From Psammoneis japonica (lineage: Eukaryota): DNA of 63,165 nucleotides. A program made the position numbers and the translations under genes. Below the pieces are notes generated by a model. It was not told the origin of the DNA. It ran no database searches and saw only the letters and a program-made list of their open reading frames with translations. Within the stretch, counting starts at the first letter, position 1; every line of letters starts with the position of its first letter. Shown one piece after another: positions 50,085 to 63,165 of the stretch. Location: assembly GCA_008632985.1 (NCBI GenBank), contig QPGO01000205.1, positions 62,001 through 125,165 on the forward strand. Reading direction: 5' to 3'.

Positions 50085-50254
50085 TTGCGGACTAGCAGCA
50101 TCGGGACAATCTAACGGATGTCTGGGACAGATGACAATCGTGTGCTAGATGAGAAAGAAAGTGAGCAAAGGAGAGATCATCGGATCTCTCCATGCTGTCT
50201 GTGCCAGTCTGTCTGACACAAGGGAGTGCACTCCCCATCTCGGGATGTCTGTCA
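50085..50254 (-). repeat. 5' LTR of Copia-A
   Basis: Direct repeat of 28011-28179; PBS adjacent. Confidence 0.93.
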
Positions 50255-50372
50255 CCTTCAAAATTGTTTTTTCCCAAATTGAAGGGCAAGTGTGCACAAA
50301 ACTTGTGTTCTTGCCTTTTGTGCACACTCACCTTTTGATTTTCAAAAAGATCAAATTTGAAGGAGTTCAATG

Positions 50373-53300
50373 TGGCAGGATTTGAACAAGATTTTAGTTT
50401 GTCACACACAATTGTGTGTGCTCTCAGTTGTGCGCACGATGCACAATGCAGTTTGCTTTCAAGCCACTTGGCTCACAAGAATGACAACAGCAGTGCCCAC
50501 ATTGTGACACCAGTCTTTTGGCTCCTGCAACGGTCTCTGCACAGAGACTCATCTGCATTTAGACAGCAGCAAGGAGTTGTTGTTTTCTTCCACCCAGTCA
50601 TCTTCAATTTCTGTCAGATTGACAGTTTTGCTCATTTTCATCCACTGGGCATTGTTGGTCATTGACATCAAAAATGTTTCGACAACATGCACCATTGGCG
50701 GTGGAAGCACACACGTGCCTTCTTCATTGCTGCACATTGGATTGAATCCACATGTTTGGATCCATCCAATGCCTTGCATCGCTGGATGCATTTGTTCAAT
50801 GGATGTTTGTTTGGTCAGGAATTCCTGTGTTCTCAGACTTTTGAGATTCTGGTTTCCCTGCAGCGGATTCCACCCTGGTCAGCAGACAGGCCAATCCATC
50901 CGCATGCACCCACACACGCGCACCATGTGATTGTCTGACTCTGGCCCTGCTCCGCGCACGCCAAGTCTGCTGCCACACATCTGCGCCAGATTGCTGGTCT
51001 TCTGCAGTTCTGCAAGGTCCACAAAGACAACTGTGAGAGGAAGCAGTTCATGATTGCAGCCTGCATTGGGGTGAGGGTGCTTTTCCCACATTTGTTCATC
51101 CCTCCACAGCACCAATTTGGCCGGCCTGATCAGGTTGTCCAACTGACACAAAATGAGAATGGTTTGATGGTCTTGTCCACCTCCAGTTGGCTTGTCAGCA
51201 GGGGTTTTTAACCCGTTGCTGTGCTCTCAGGCAACCCAAAGCATTGCCAGCTGCAGGTTTGAACATGCCGGCACAACTCTGTGGACTGGATGGGAAGTTT
51301 GACATTCAACTGTGAATGGGATGTCACAGCCCCGGTGGCTTCTGATTTGCAAGATGGCTCAAGACTTCAAGTCAAATTTCAAGTTGTTTTAAGCTCACCT
51401 TTGACTCCAGTTCCAACACCCACTCAGTTGCACCATGGTCCTCACCAGGCAGCAACAAACCAATGGCTTTGAGCACATTTTAGGCACTGTTCTGAATCAA
51501 GCCACAGACAGTCTGTTGCGCTCCACCCTCAGCTTTGATGGCACTGACTCATGCCAGGATCTCTTCACTTTCACTCCGACACAACTGGACACCCCAGTTT
51601 GCAATGATGGCGCCAATCAAACGCCCTGCTTGCCACGTGGCTGCAAAGCACAGAGAGCTGTGTTGATCAGTCTGTACACAACAAAAATGCATGGCAGTGC
51701 CGATGTTGGCAAAAACCCCACCTTGTTCACACATGAGGTCCTGAGTGCACAGTGTCCCTCTCCATGGGTGCGGCACCATCTGCTCCCACACCTGGCTCAT
51801 TGCCCCCCAAACCATGTGACCCCATGCGTGACTTTAAACGAGGCATCAAACGTGACCCACTTGCCTTTGCGACTCTCAAGTCCAACAAACAGTGGCACAT
51901 GTGGCACACCTCTGTCATTGCACAGGCCCACTCCCAGGACATTGACCGCATTCTCAATCTGACATGCAAGCCCTCTGCAGCTGAGGACAAGGCCCTGTTT
52001 GCCAAACAACAGAAGCACACATTCACCGCATTTGAACACATCTTGCAAAGTGACAAAGGCAAGGCCCTCATTTGTGAACATGTTGGCTCCTCCAATGCTC
52101 AAGCAGTGCACTGTGCAATGTCCAAGTGTGCTCTTGCATCTGCTTGTGCATCCCTGGAGTCCTTGACCCTTCTCATGTGCCTTGCCACCACTTGCCTTGG
52201 TGATGGCACCTGGAAAGACTCTGCCCATGCCTGCACACTTCACTGGCAGGATCAACTTTGCAAGTGTGAAGCTCTCATCCTGAGTGTGGACCGCTCCTTC
52301 TCTGCTGGCCAGAAATCATCATGCTTGAGAATGCTGTTCACCCTGTTGAAGAACTCCATTTGGCAAAGAACCAAGCCAATCAGTTCCACACTCAGAATGG
52401 CAAGGGCCTTCCATGCAAGCAGCACTGTGGGCTCCTGCTCTCTGCGGTGGCACAGTGCAACAGCACGTTCACCCCTGAGATGGCCTCACATTCCCCGCGC
52501 CGCACCATCTACAAACATGACCTGGCCCCTGACGACCCTGATGATGATGTGTTCTTTGGCATTGACAGTGATGTTGATGTCATCCAAGCCTGTGCTGCAC
52601 AGACTTGTGGCACTTCCCTCACCAGGGAACAATGGCGTCACATTCCGCCGGATCACCGGCGCGTCTGGGACAACTTGCCTCAGCCCACCAAGGCCATCAT
52701 CCCAGGCTCGCACAAGGCCCATGCCAGCAACTGCCATGACTCAATGGCAGTCAACCTGCATGACCTCTGTCTTGGCAGCAATTGTGATGTCAACTTGTCT
52801 GCCAATGCTCACAATCTTCTTGCATTGCCCCCCGAACCACCCGACGCGACAACTGACGCAGCCAATGCCAACCCCATCCTGGCGCACCTCACCAGGTGCA
52901 AGCCTTTGCCACCCGGTGACTTGCAGTGCCTCCTTGCACCCAAAAGGCCACCCTTGGCCTGCTCTGGCAAGAACCCCCCCAGATCTACATCCTCCCATGA
53001 TGATGCCACCGACGTTGAGATGAACGGTCACACTTGCCATCATGTCAACAATCACAATGTTGTCTGCTCCACCTTGACACACAACTTGGCTCACAAGGGT
53101 GCTCTCGTGGATGATCGTGGTGCAAACAGTGGTGTTGCTGGCAATGATGTTTGTGTCATTGCCCGCACTAATCACCAGGTTGATGCACAAGGCATCGACA
53201 GCCATCAGCTTGTTGACATTCCCATTGTCGCTGCCGGCGGTGTCATCCACACACAACGTGGACCCATTGTCGCCATTCTTCACCAGCATGCCCACACTGG

Positions 53301-56300
53301 AAAGGGTGAGACCACACACTCTTGAGGCCAACTTGAGTGGTGCAAGCACAGTGTCAAGAATGATTGGTTGATCAAGGTTCCCAATGGTCTGCAGCGCATC
53401 CCCACCATTGATGGATGCATCATTCCTGTTGACATCAAAGGCTTCCTTCCATGCATTGCCACACACCCACACACTGATGCCAAATGGGACACTCTGCTTC
53501 ATGTTGTCCTCGCTGGCAATGACACCTGGGACCCATCTGTTCTTGACCACCAGTTCACCGATGATGAGAAGTGGCACAATGCTGTGTCCAACCTCCAAGA
53601 CAACGAACCCAACTGCCAACCTCTTTGATGAGCTCGGCAACTGTTGCCATCAACATGTCGTCAACAATGCCATGCTTGCTGACTCTGTCTTAGACAACCA
53701 CATCCTCCCAACATCTGATGATTTCTGCTGCGAATGCCACAAGTGTGAGATTGATCCCAAGGATCCTGACTGTGAGTCTCTCTGCCCCTGTTTTGGCCTC
53801 CTCCTGAAGGACACTGTTTGCCGCACTTTTGATTGCATGACACAGCACACCCTCATGCCCACTTTTGATTGCATGACACAGCACACCCGCATGCCCACCA
53901 GCATGCACCTGAAAAGGGCACGCAAGTTGCCCAACCCAGCTCTCAATGTCCACCAACACAATGAACCCATTGCCACTGACATGGTGCACTCTGACACCCC
54001 TGCCATTGATTCTGGATGTGTCAGCGCACAACTCTTTGTTGGCATGGAATCCCTTGTCATGGATGGGTGTGGCACCAAGACTGGCAAGAAATTTGTCAAC
54101 ATGCTCAAAGACAACATCCACAACTGCGGTGCTCCATCCAAGCTCATTGGTGACCGTGCTCAGGTTGAGATCAGCAACAAGGTCCTTGACATCCTCCGTG
54201 CCCTCTTCATCTCCAGTTGGCAAAGCGAGCCCCACCAACAGCACCAGAATTTTGCTGAACGCCACCCCCAAACTGTGAAGAACATGGCAAACACCATCAT
54301 GGTTTGCTTTGGATCCCTGGCCTGCACCTGGCTCCTTGCCCTGATGTGCGTGTGCTTTGTGCTCAACCACACGGCATCTGCCAAGCTTTGCTGGCGCACC
54401 CCCACCAAAGTGCTGTCTGGATCCACCCCCGATGCTTTCAATGGTGGGAACCCATGTGCTGCCACCTGAATGATTCTGACTGGCCATCCAAATCCTGTGA
54501 GTTACGTGGTCACCTCGTTGGCATTGCCAAACATGTGGGTCGTCACATGGCATTCAAAGTTCTTTCTGACAATGCTCAGAAGATTCTTTGCCGCTCGAGT
54601 GTGCGTTCCGCCCATGACCCGTCCACTTCCAACCTGTGTCTTCTGCCAAACCAGTCATCAAATCCCGACACGACTCCAAGGATTCACTGGATTTGTCAGA
54701 TGGGGAGGTGATCAGGATGCCCAAAATGCCATTCTTTGACCCTGAGGACATCGTTGGATGCACCTTCCTCATGAAGCCACAAAGAGGACGGACAACACCA
54801 CAGAGCCTGCATCATCAAGGCCATTGAAGACCATGGTTGGAAAATCAGTGACAACCTTGAACCAGTCAAATTCATTTGCTCCCCAAACAACAATGAATGC
54901 AAGGAAATCATTGCCTGCAATGACATCATGCACCACATCAAGCAAGAAGATGAGGATTCTACCCTCTGGAAGTTCTGATGCATCATCTCACATGAAGGAC
55001 CATTGAGACCTCACAACCCCCCCTCTTGGAAAGGCTCAAGCTGCAATGTCATGCTTGAATGGGAGAATGAGGAGATCATGTCCAAACCTTTTGCCATCAT
55101 TGCCAAGGACAATCCCGTCACCTGTGCCATTTGCACATGTGAACACTGAGATTGAAGGTTGGAAACACTTCTGCACCACAGCTCTGCACCAGAAGAAGCC
55201 ATTCTCCATGGTCAACCAAGCCAAACTGCACTCCTTTCATGCTGCACCACGATGCAAGTGCAGGTGTGAAGCACCCCAAGACTGCAAGCACACGCACCTT
55301 GGCCCTCAATGAGCGCCATGGCAACCGCAAGTGGGGAGATGCAATGGACCTTGAGATGACTCAGCTTGGTGAGTGCAAGGTCTTCCATGACTGCGGACAT
55401 TGCAAGGACTCCAACAGCACCCCAGAAGGACACAAGAAGATTGGGGTGCATCTTGTCCACAACGTCAAACATGATGGATGGCACAAAGCACAACCTGTTG
55501 CCAATGGACACCTCACAGACGTGCCCATCAACAGTGTCCATTCTGGAGCAGTGTCTCTCCACGGCCTGTGACTGATGATCTTCCCAGCCAAACTCAACAA
55601 CCTGGAGACTTGGGTGACTGACATTGGGAGCGCCCATCTCAAAGCTGCAACCAAGGAGAAACTGCACATTGTGGCAGGCCCTGAATGCAGTGAGCAGGAA
55701 GGACACATCCTCATCATCCACAAGGCCTCATGCAGACTCTGCAGCTCTGGCCTCAGGTGGCACAAACGCTTTGCCAATTGTTTGCATGCCAAAGGTTTCT
55801 TCCCGTGCCACTGCACAGGAATGATGACCACTGCAAATGCGCAGCAGTGCATGTGGACAATCTGGCCTTTGCCGTGAAGAACCCCCAGGCTTTTGCAGAC
55901 ACTCTCATGGAGAAATGCAGGTTCAAGCTCAAGGGCACCAGACCATTGGAGTTCCATCTTGGTTGCAACTTCACCTGTGCTTCTGACGGCACCCTGTGCC
56001 TTGCCCCTTGCAAGTGCATTGAGCGCATGGTCAACAGCTGTGCACACCTCTTTGGGGAAAAGCCTTGCACCAATGTGCTTTCCCCTCTTGACAAGGGAGA
56101 CCACCCTCAGCTCAACACCTCTGAATTGCTTGGACTGGATGGCATCCACCAACTCCAATCCTTGATTGCTCCCTGCAATGGGCTGCATCCCTTGGTTGCA
56201 TTGACATCACCACCACAGCCTTCATGTCCCTGTCTGGCTTCCATGCAGCACCCCGTCAAGGCCACCTGGACTGTGCCAAATGTGTCCACACCAGATTCCT

Positions 56301-57241
56301 GTCCAAGATGCAACATGGTGCCCTCTGAGCATGCACCAAGGAACTCAACTGTTTGGACCTCCCCAAGCCCGTGCATGACTGGGCTCAATCTGTGCATGGG
56401 GAGGTGAAAGAGCTGCTCCCACAAGATGTGCCCAAGCCACTTGGCAAGTTTGTCACCATGCCTCACTGCATTCTTGATGCAAACTTGCTCCATTGCATTC
56501 TCACCAGACACTCTGTCAAGGGCATTGTTCATTTCCTCAACAAGTTTCTGACTGATTGGTTCTCCAAGAAACAAGCAAAAGTCAAGACTGCAATGCATGG
56601 ATCTGAGTTTGTTGCCGCAATGACATGCATTGAGCAGATCATTGATCTGCGCATCACTTTGCATCACCTTGGCATCCCCATTTGTGAAACATGTTGCATG
56701 CTCATGGACAACAAGTTGGTTGAGGACAGTGCTGCCATCCCACACTCCAAGCCACACAAGCGACACACCGCCCTCTTGTTCCACAGCATGTGCGAGGGGA
56801 TTGCCTCCGGTTTCCTTGAGTTTCATTTCATCAAAGGTTCCCGCAACCCAGCTGACATCCTCAGCAAGCACTGGGGCTGCTCCCAGGTCTGGAACCTCCT
56901 TCGTCCTCTAATGTTTTGGAACTTCAATCCCAAGGTTTTCAACCAATCCGACCTCAAATCCATTGCTGTGGACTCCTCAAGCAAACTGGGGAGTGACTGG
57001 ATTTGAACAAGATTTTGGTTTGTCACACATGATTGTGTGTGCTCTCAGTTCTGTGCACAATGTGCAACGCAGTTTGCTTTCAAGCCACTCAGCTCACAAG
57101 AACAACAACAGCAAGCACCAACATCATGACACCAGTCTTTTGGCTTCTGCAATGGTCTCTGCATGCAGAGATTCATCTGCCATTTAGACAGCAGCAAGGA
57201 GTCATTGTTTTTTTCCACCCAGTCATCTTCAATTTCTGTCA
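50373..57241 (+). mobile_element. Old Ty1/Copia element (Copia-C, different lineage), heavily degenerate
   Basis: LTRs 50373-50616 and 56994-57241 (TG..CA); TSD CAATG; DRGANSG, SEPHQQHQNFAER, VHVDNL, GSEFVA, NPADILSK motifs. Confidence 0.93.
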
Positions 57242-57246
57242 CAATG

Positions 57247-60200
57247 TGCCAAACTGCACAGAAAATTGGCCTCTCGCGTGATGGATTGCTCATCACCTGG
57301 GGCTGGAAAACAGGCCTTTTGTGCAGAGGGGGCAAATTGTGCAGCAGCTTTTTCCATTCTGTCATCCATGCCAACTCCCTTGTGACAGCAAAGAGAAAGA
57401 AAAATGTCACCAACAAACCCCGCACACTCATTTTGGCCTTGCGTGGCTCCACTTTTGCCTTGACCTTTGGTTTGGACACAATGTTGTTGTGGCGGGCCCG
57501 CACATGTGACAACATGACTCAAAGACAAGAGCTCTTGTGTGACAAACAATCTGTTGAAATTTTGCATGCATGTGAGCTGCCAAAGCTCATCCAATCTTTT
57601 GCACCATGGGCTGAGTTCAGCTGGCATTGTTGAATGTTTTGAATGGTGCAGCAATGGCTGGCTCTCTGAAAAGTTGTCACAAAAGGGGCTGGCAACAAGC
57701 ATCGTTGCATGTCTTCCAATTTCTGTTTGAGGTCCCACATCATGTTTGTGTTGTGAGACACAATCATCTGAGACAACTGCTCAGCAGAGTGCAAGAAAGA
57801 CACAGATTTCATGCTCATCATCCAACAAATTTGTGTCTTTTTTAGCAAAGAATTTTTTGCTGCATTGCATTTTCTGGAGTGACCCACCACTGCTCCAGCA
57901 ATGGGATTTCCCTGGTCTCAATGCTTTGCCAAAAGTCAATGAGTGAGGTTTCCAAAGCAGATCTTTAAGATGCAGAAATGACTGCATTGCCCAATTTGGA
58001 TGTGGCAGGTTTTGCAATGTTGCATTTTTTGTGTTGAGAAAGCTTGGGCTTGGGGGGTCACAAAATGGTCTGAGAAAAGGGGGCAGAAACTTTTCTCTTG
58101 AAAGTCACTGAAATTGCCACAAGTCTGCAGCTGCTGTGCTGACAAATGAAAAATGGCACCTGCAAACGAAGTGGAAAAAAAGCTCTGTCATGGTGCAATT
58201 TTTGTTGCCATGAGGTGAACAGCAACCACTGATGTGTGTGTGTGTGGGCATGTTCATTGCCATGCTTGTCATTGCTTTGGGCATTTACAAGGTGTTGAAT
58301 TTTTTATGCTGGCATTTCAGACAAATGATGTTGTGCAAATTGACAAAATTGTTGTCATTTGCATCGCCTGCCACTGGAACACATCAAGCTCAGCTGCATG
58401 GCTTGGCATCACACAGAGCTCCAACCAGTGCCAGAGCTCATTGCAGAGTTCTTTTCATGTGGGAAGGCAGTGACAAAAGAGCTCATGATGTGTCAATGTG
58501 CAAAGTGTGCATGCAGCTGGACTCACAAAAGAAGATCAACACACCTGAGCATGGGGCTGCTTCGCCACCAACCTTGGCCTTGAGATCAGCTTGGTGGCTG
58601 GCTCAGTGAGAAAATGGTCCAAAAATTGCTGCCTCCACATTGCAACAGAGCACAAAAGGTTTGCCAACTTGTCAAGAATTGTCACAATGAGTTGCAAGAG
58701 TGTGCCAACATGCCCACCAACATGCCCACTGAGTGCTGAATGTCTGCCAACGTGTTTGCACCAACATGTTTGCCAAAACATGTCCACCAGTGTGCATGTC
58801 AGCAGCAAGCTCTGTGGCATCAAGGCAAGCTGCAGAGCTGTGAGAAACAAGGTGCTTTTGACAACAAGGGCAGCTGTTTGAAGTGACACATTGTGGCTCT
58901 GCGCATGGACCAAGCAGAAAGGTGTGGTGAGCTCTGCAGCACCAACAATGAGGTGGACAGAGAGGAGTGCCAAGGACACAGCAAAAAAGGCTGGAGAGAG
59001 GATCAAATCTGTCAGAGCAGAAGAAGGTGTTTGATCTTTTTGTGAAAAAGTGCTGAATTTTGGCTGGGGTGCTGTTGTGAAACCTGGTGAAGTGCCTCAT
59101 GTGCCACAAGCAGCAACGCTGGAAAAAACTTGAGCAAGCACAATTGTGGCCACACTTGGCACAGCAAAAAGAAAAATGCCTCTGGCAGCTTTGACCTCCT
59201 TCCAAGTGCACAGCCAACGTGTGCAGATCCACAGTGGCATGATGACATGAAGAGCATGGCTTGCACACACACAAAACAGCTGCTGCTGTCCTCTCCAGCT
59301 CTGTGCTTCCACGTGCAAAAAGAAAACCCACACTTTTTTGACAACATGCACACATCAGCCAACCAACAGTGTCCAGATGCAAAATCCCCAAGAAAGTTTG
59401 GGTTGCCAAGGAGGCTGCCAATGCAGCGGCAGGGCAAAAAAATCATCCCTCGTGCTTTCCCGTGCAATGAAGGCACTCAACAAAAAGTCAGCTTCATTTT
59501 CAAATGTCCAATGCCATGGGCAACACCCATCCACCACACAACTTGCAAGACACAGGTGCAAAGAGCAGAAGACCAACAATGCTCATCTCTGCCAGGGCAT
59601 CATTGGCTCCAGTGGGGGGTGAAAGTTCAGCTAAAACTTGGAAAAAATGTGTTTGAGCAGGTCACACAGGATTTGGTGCTCATGACTCGGGGGTGCACGA
59701 TGCAAAATTGACACTTTCTGAACACCACACAGATGATGGCACAAACACAAAACCCATTTCATGGCAGCACTCTGTTTCATGGCTTGTTGCTGAACTTTTG
59801 ACAACTGCACTTGACCTCTTTCATGCTGCGAGTGGGTGCAGCAATCCATGAAACTTCTTCTGCAAGCCACACACATTCTTCCATTTTTAGATTTGAATTT
59901 TCCAATCTCTGCAATCAATTCACAGCAAATGATGGCAAGGAAGATTCTCAAATTGCCAAATTTTGTCATTCCAGAGCATTTTGGTGTCAATGTGATTTTG
60001 TCAACATTGCTTGAGTGCTTTTATGAACCATGTGCACCCACAAATTTTGCAAACAAACTTCGTGCATTTTCACTCTCCCACCCCTGCTCTCTCCAAATCA
60101 ATGGCATCAGGTCCAAACCATTGCAATTGCTTCATCAAAGCAAGAACAATTTTTTTGGATCCAAGCTGCTGCCTGCTGCAGGAAAACCCAGTGCCAGTGT

Positions 60201-63165
60201 CGTTTGCTTTCTTGAGGATGGCTTCAACAGCCAGCTCCCCACCCATCTCATTCTAAATTGCTTCCACACCAGTCTCCTGGGCTGTCACTGTCTTGCACAA
60301 CCACAACTCTGTCATTCATTGACATTTCCTCATGTTTGCACCTGCTCTAACTCAGCAGGTGCCAAAAATCTGGCAAATGGTGAGTTGATGCATGTCTGCA
60401 TGCAACATGGTGTCATGAGCAGGTGCAATGGTGTGTTTGCACAAAACTCATCTTGCTGCCTTTCTCTGATGGTCCCTTTGCAGCCTCAGTCACTCAAGGC
60501 CTGGGAGCCATGGCTGCTGTCCCAAAGCTCTGCAACAACAAAGAGGATTGAACAGGTGCAGATCCTGTGGAGGAGTGCAAGGGGCGAGCAAGCCAGCATG
60601 TGCTGTGAGCAAGGTGGCTGTTCTTGGTCAGGCTGATTTGTTGTTTTCCTGTCCTCTTTTGTTTTGAAATGTGCACAGGTGTGAGAGCAATTTCCAAGCT
60701 TGCTTGGAGAAAGAAATCTTGTTTGCTTTCCATCCAAAAAGTGGCTGCTTCAGAGCTGATCCATGCAAAGCAGTCACTTCCATCAGAAGAGTGCTTGTTC
60801 ATGACCAAAATGTGGCTGAGTTTGTCACTTGCATTGATGGTGACCACAAGTGTGATGACAATGACGTGGATGCACTGCACAACTGCATGACAGGTGGTTG
60901 CTTGCACTTTGCACAAGTGACAAAAAAGAAGCATCTCACTCTGACACAAAACTCCCTGTTTGTTCAAGACAATCAACATGAGACTGCAGCAGAAGGCAAC
61001 TCTTCCAGATCTAACAAGGTGCTCTGTGACTTGTGTGCAAGGCATCACAAGGCTGCTTGTGCATGTGCAGAAACCTTGGAAGTTGATGAGCTTGAGTCAT
61101 TCAATGAAATTCTTTGAGATCCCATTTGGAGGCCACTGCCCTGGCAACTTGGGACTCCTTTCTCTTTGGTGCTTTGTGCTGGGAAGCAAGGTGGAGGTGC
61201 TGTCATTGCCAGAGATGCAGCTGGTGTGTTCCTGCCTTTGAGGAGCTGACATCAAAATGTTCTTCCTGAGTGCAAGTGCAGATCAGCACAGCTTTTGCCA
61301 GCTCCAGAATTGCTGGCTCTGTCACCTCAAATTGAGCACTGGCAGTTGCATTGAACAGTGGCCATGACATGACATTGAGTGTGCCCAGCTGTCACACTGC
61401 ATTTTTGAGCACCAGCTGCTGTGTTGCACCAAATGCTGGTTTCTGCATCACATTGAGTGCAGCATCAAGGCCATTGTCATCATTGGCGCAGGCTCAAATC
61501 CCTGCCAATTTCAGTCTCTCTTTTTGTTGTTGACCACCATTTTTGCTGGACTTGTTTGTGCTTGTTTGTAGTGCATTTGTTGGGCCATCCATTCAATGCA
61601 GTGTGAGCTCCAACTCCAGGTGGGGGGCATGCACTGCTGGGCTGTGACACCATTTTTTTTGCCGTGAACCACATGTCACATGATGTGTGCATTTTTGTGT
61701 GACTTTGGTGTTGTTTTGTGCATTGGCAGCAGAGGGTGTGCTGGCTGCAACCACAGACAGAAAATGCATGGAGCGCATGTGTGGGCAGAGAAAGTGGGGG
61801 CCAGCAGGAGTCAGCACCAAACAATCTGGAGCTTCTTGGTGGCAGGTGCTGCACCAGCTGCACCAGCCCAACTGCAGGTGAGAAATGGCAGGAATGCATG
61901 TGTGCCAAAAAAGCTGTGGTGTGCACATTGGGGGACAACACAGAAGCCCTCCAATCACAGGCACTGGAGGGTGTCAGAGAGTTGTTGTGTGCACAGCACA
62001 AGATCTTTGCATTTCAGCATTTTTCTCACAGAACCAGCAACTCTCAAGCTGCAGAAACAACATCTCTAATTAACCCAATGCAGCAACCAAGAAGGAAGAC
62101 AAATGAGTGTGTGTGTGGGTGTGGGGGATCAAGAGCCATTGAGTCTGGCACAACAGCCAACTAAAACAAGTTGAAAAGGGCTCTTGGAGCAACTGGGCAA
62201 CAAGAGCTCTTGTGCTTTGATTGGAGTGCTGTGGCAGAAAATGGCAAGATGCCCAAAGCCTCAAAACAACAGCATGCTGGGATGCACTGTTGAGCATGGC
62301 TGCAGAGACATTTGGAATGACAGGAAGAAAAGCCCCTTTGCTGGAAGCTTGGCTCCCATTCCAAGAGTGGAGCAAGTCCAGTGCACGAACTCACTTTGGC
62401 ACAATCTAAAAAGTTCTTCAACAAAAAAAAGAGCATTGGGCAGAAGGCACACAAACTGCCAAGGACAGCTGCCATTTGCAGCTGGCACAACAAATGCAGC
62501 ACAGCTGTTGTCAGGACAGATCCTGTTCAGTGCAAGAGTTGAGCCAATCTTTGCTGTTGTTCTTGCAAAGACAGAGCTCTTGCTGCACTGACCCTCACTT
62601 GTTGGAACTTGTTTTCAAGTGCTTGCTCATTTTTGACTTTGTGCAGGTGTGAAAGTTGCTGTTGGGCTTCACTCAGGTGGGGGATCCCTCTCTTTGCACT
62701 CCAGCCAGAGACCTTTCACTCTCAAGCACCAGTCTGCATGAGGCCAGTTTTAACAGCCATCAAAAATGCTCACATTCAGTGTGCATGGATGTTGCCCAGT
62801 TCTTTGCCAGCACTGTTCAAGGTAACTGCCCATGCAACAACAGCTGACCAAGTGCCCCACACACTTGCAAGACAGGCACTCCTGTGCCTCATTCAAGGGG
62901 CAACCATCATTTTCTGAGGAGGAGGCAAAGTGGCACAAAACGAAGCTCCAACGTGACCCAAAATGAAGTCCCCGCCCCTTGCTCAAGATTGTTGACACAG
63001 AACCTTGGCTGAAAGAAACTGTGCAACTGCCATCATGAGAGGCTGTGTGTGTGCATGTGGAGAGACCTTGAATGTCAAGAGCCTGGAGAGCTTTTTGCTC
63101 AAGTGCTGCAAGATCATCCCCTGTCCATGGTGGCCACAATGTCAGTCACCTGGGGCTCCTTGTTT
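57247..63165. other. Unclassifiable, almost fully TpA- and CpG-depleted degenerate DNA
   Basis: TG/CA-saturated; no convincing motif recognised; shares short repeats with 20400-20750. Confidence 0.5.

Larger units (their letters stand above)
28011..50254 (-). mobile_element. Ty1/Copia element (Copia-A) hosting nested Copia-B and a LINE
   Basis: LTRs 28011-28179 and 50085-50254; TSD CCTTC at 28006-28010 and 50255-50259; PBS GGTTGTGAGC; PPT CAGGGGAGGG; gag 47790-49882, PR/IN-N 46482-47856, IN-C 37574-38423, RT/RH about 28330-30363. Confidence 0.95.

Noticed and set aside
53828..53900. 33-bp tandem duplication in Copia-C
   Set aside because: Ordinary slippage duplication in a dead element
1..63165. 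Classical RIP or CpG decay as the sole explanation
   Set aside because: RIP enriches TpA; CpG decay cannot turn Tyr codons into Cys/His; young elements lose TpA while keeping CpG
57247..63165. Numerous 60-270-aa ORFs
   Set aside because: Overlap in all frames, nearly Tyr-free, no recognisable motifs; expected by-product of stop-codon loss

Overview
Eukaryotic, repeat-dense, probably heterochromatic DNA. The CoDi-like Ty1/Copia and Ambal-like LINE content suggests a diatom or other stramenopile (inference). Contents: four Ty1/Copia elements with paired LTRs and target-site duplications (388-7629; 28011-50254 with nested inserts; 30369-37568; 50373-57241), a gag-less Ty3/Gypsy (8778-13257), a full-length LINE (38441-46464), three ~397-bp MITEs, a Crypton-like tyrosine recombinase relic, a duplicated small hypothetical gene and a tRNA-Leu(AAG). 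Main signal 1: a repeat-targeted hypermutation converting TpA to TpG or CpA (A>G on both DNA strands), the reverse of fungal RIP. It is visible directly in LTR pairs and paralogs, turns Tyr into Cys/His, erases stop codons, runs ahead of CpG decay and spares islands around the tRNA and host-like gene. Main signal 2: the tRNA-Leu carries an 81-nt intron that looks spliceosomal (GTCAGT...CTCAC...CAG). All calls were made by eye; no database searches were run.
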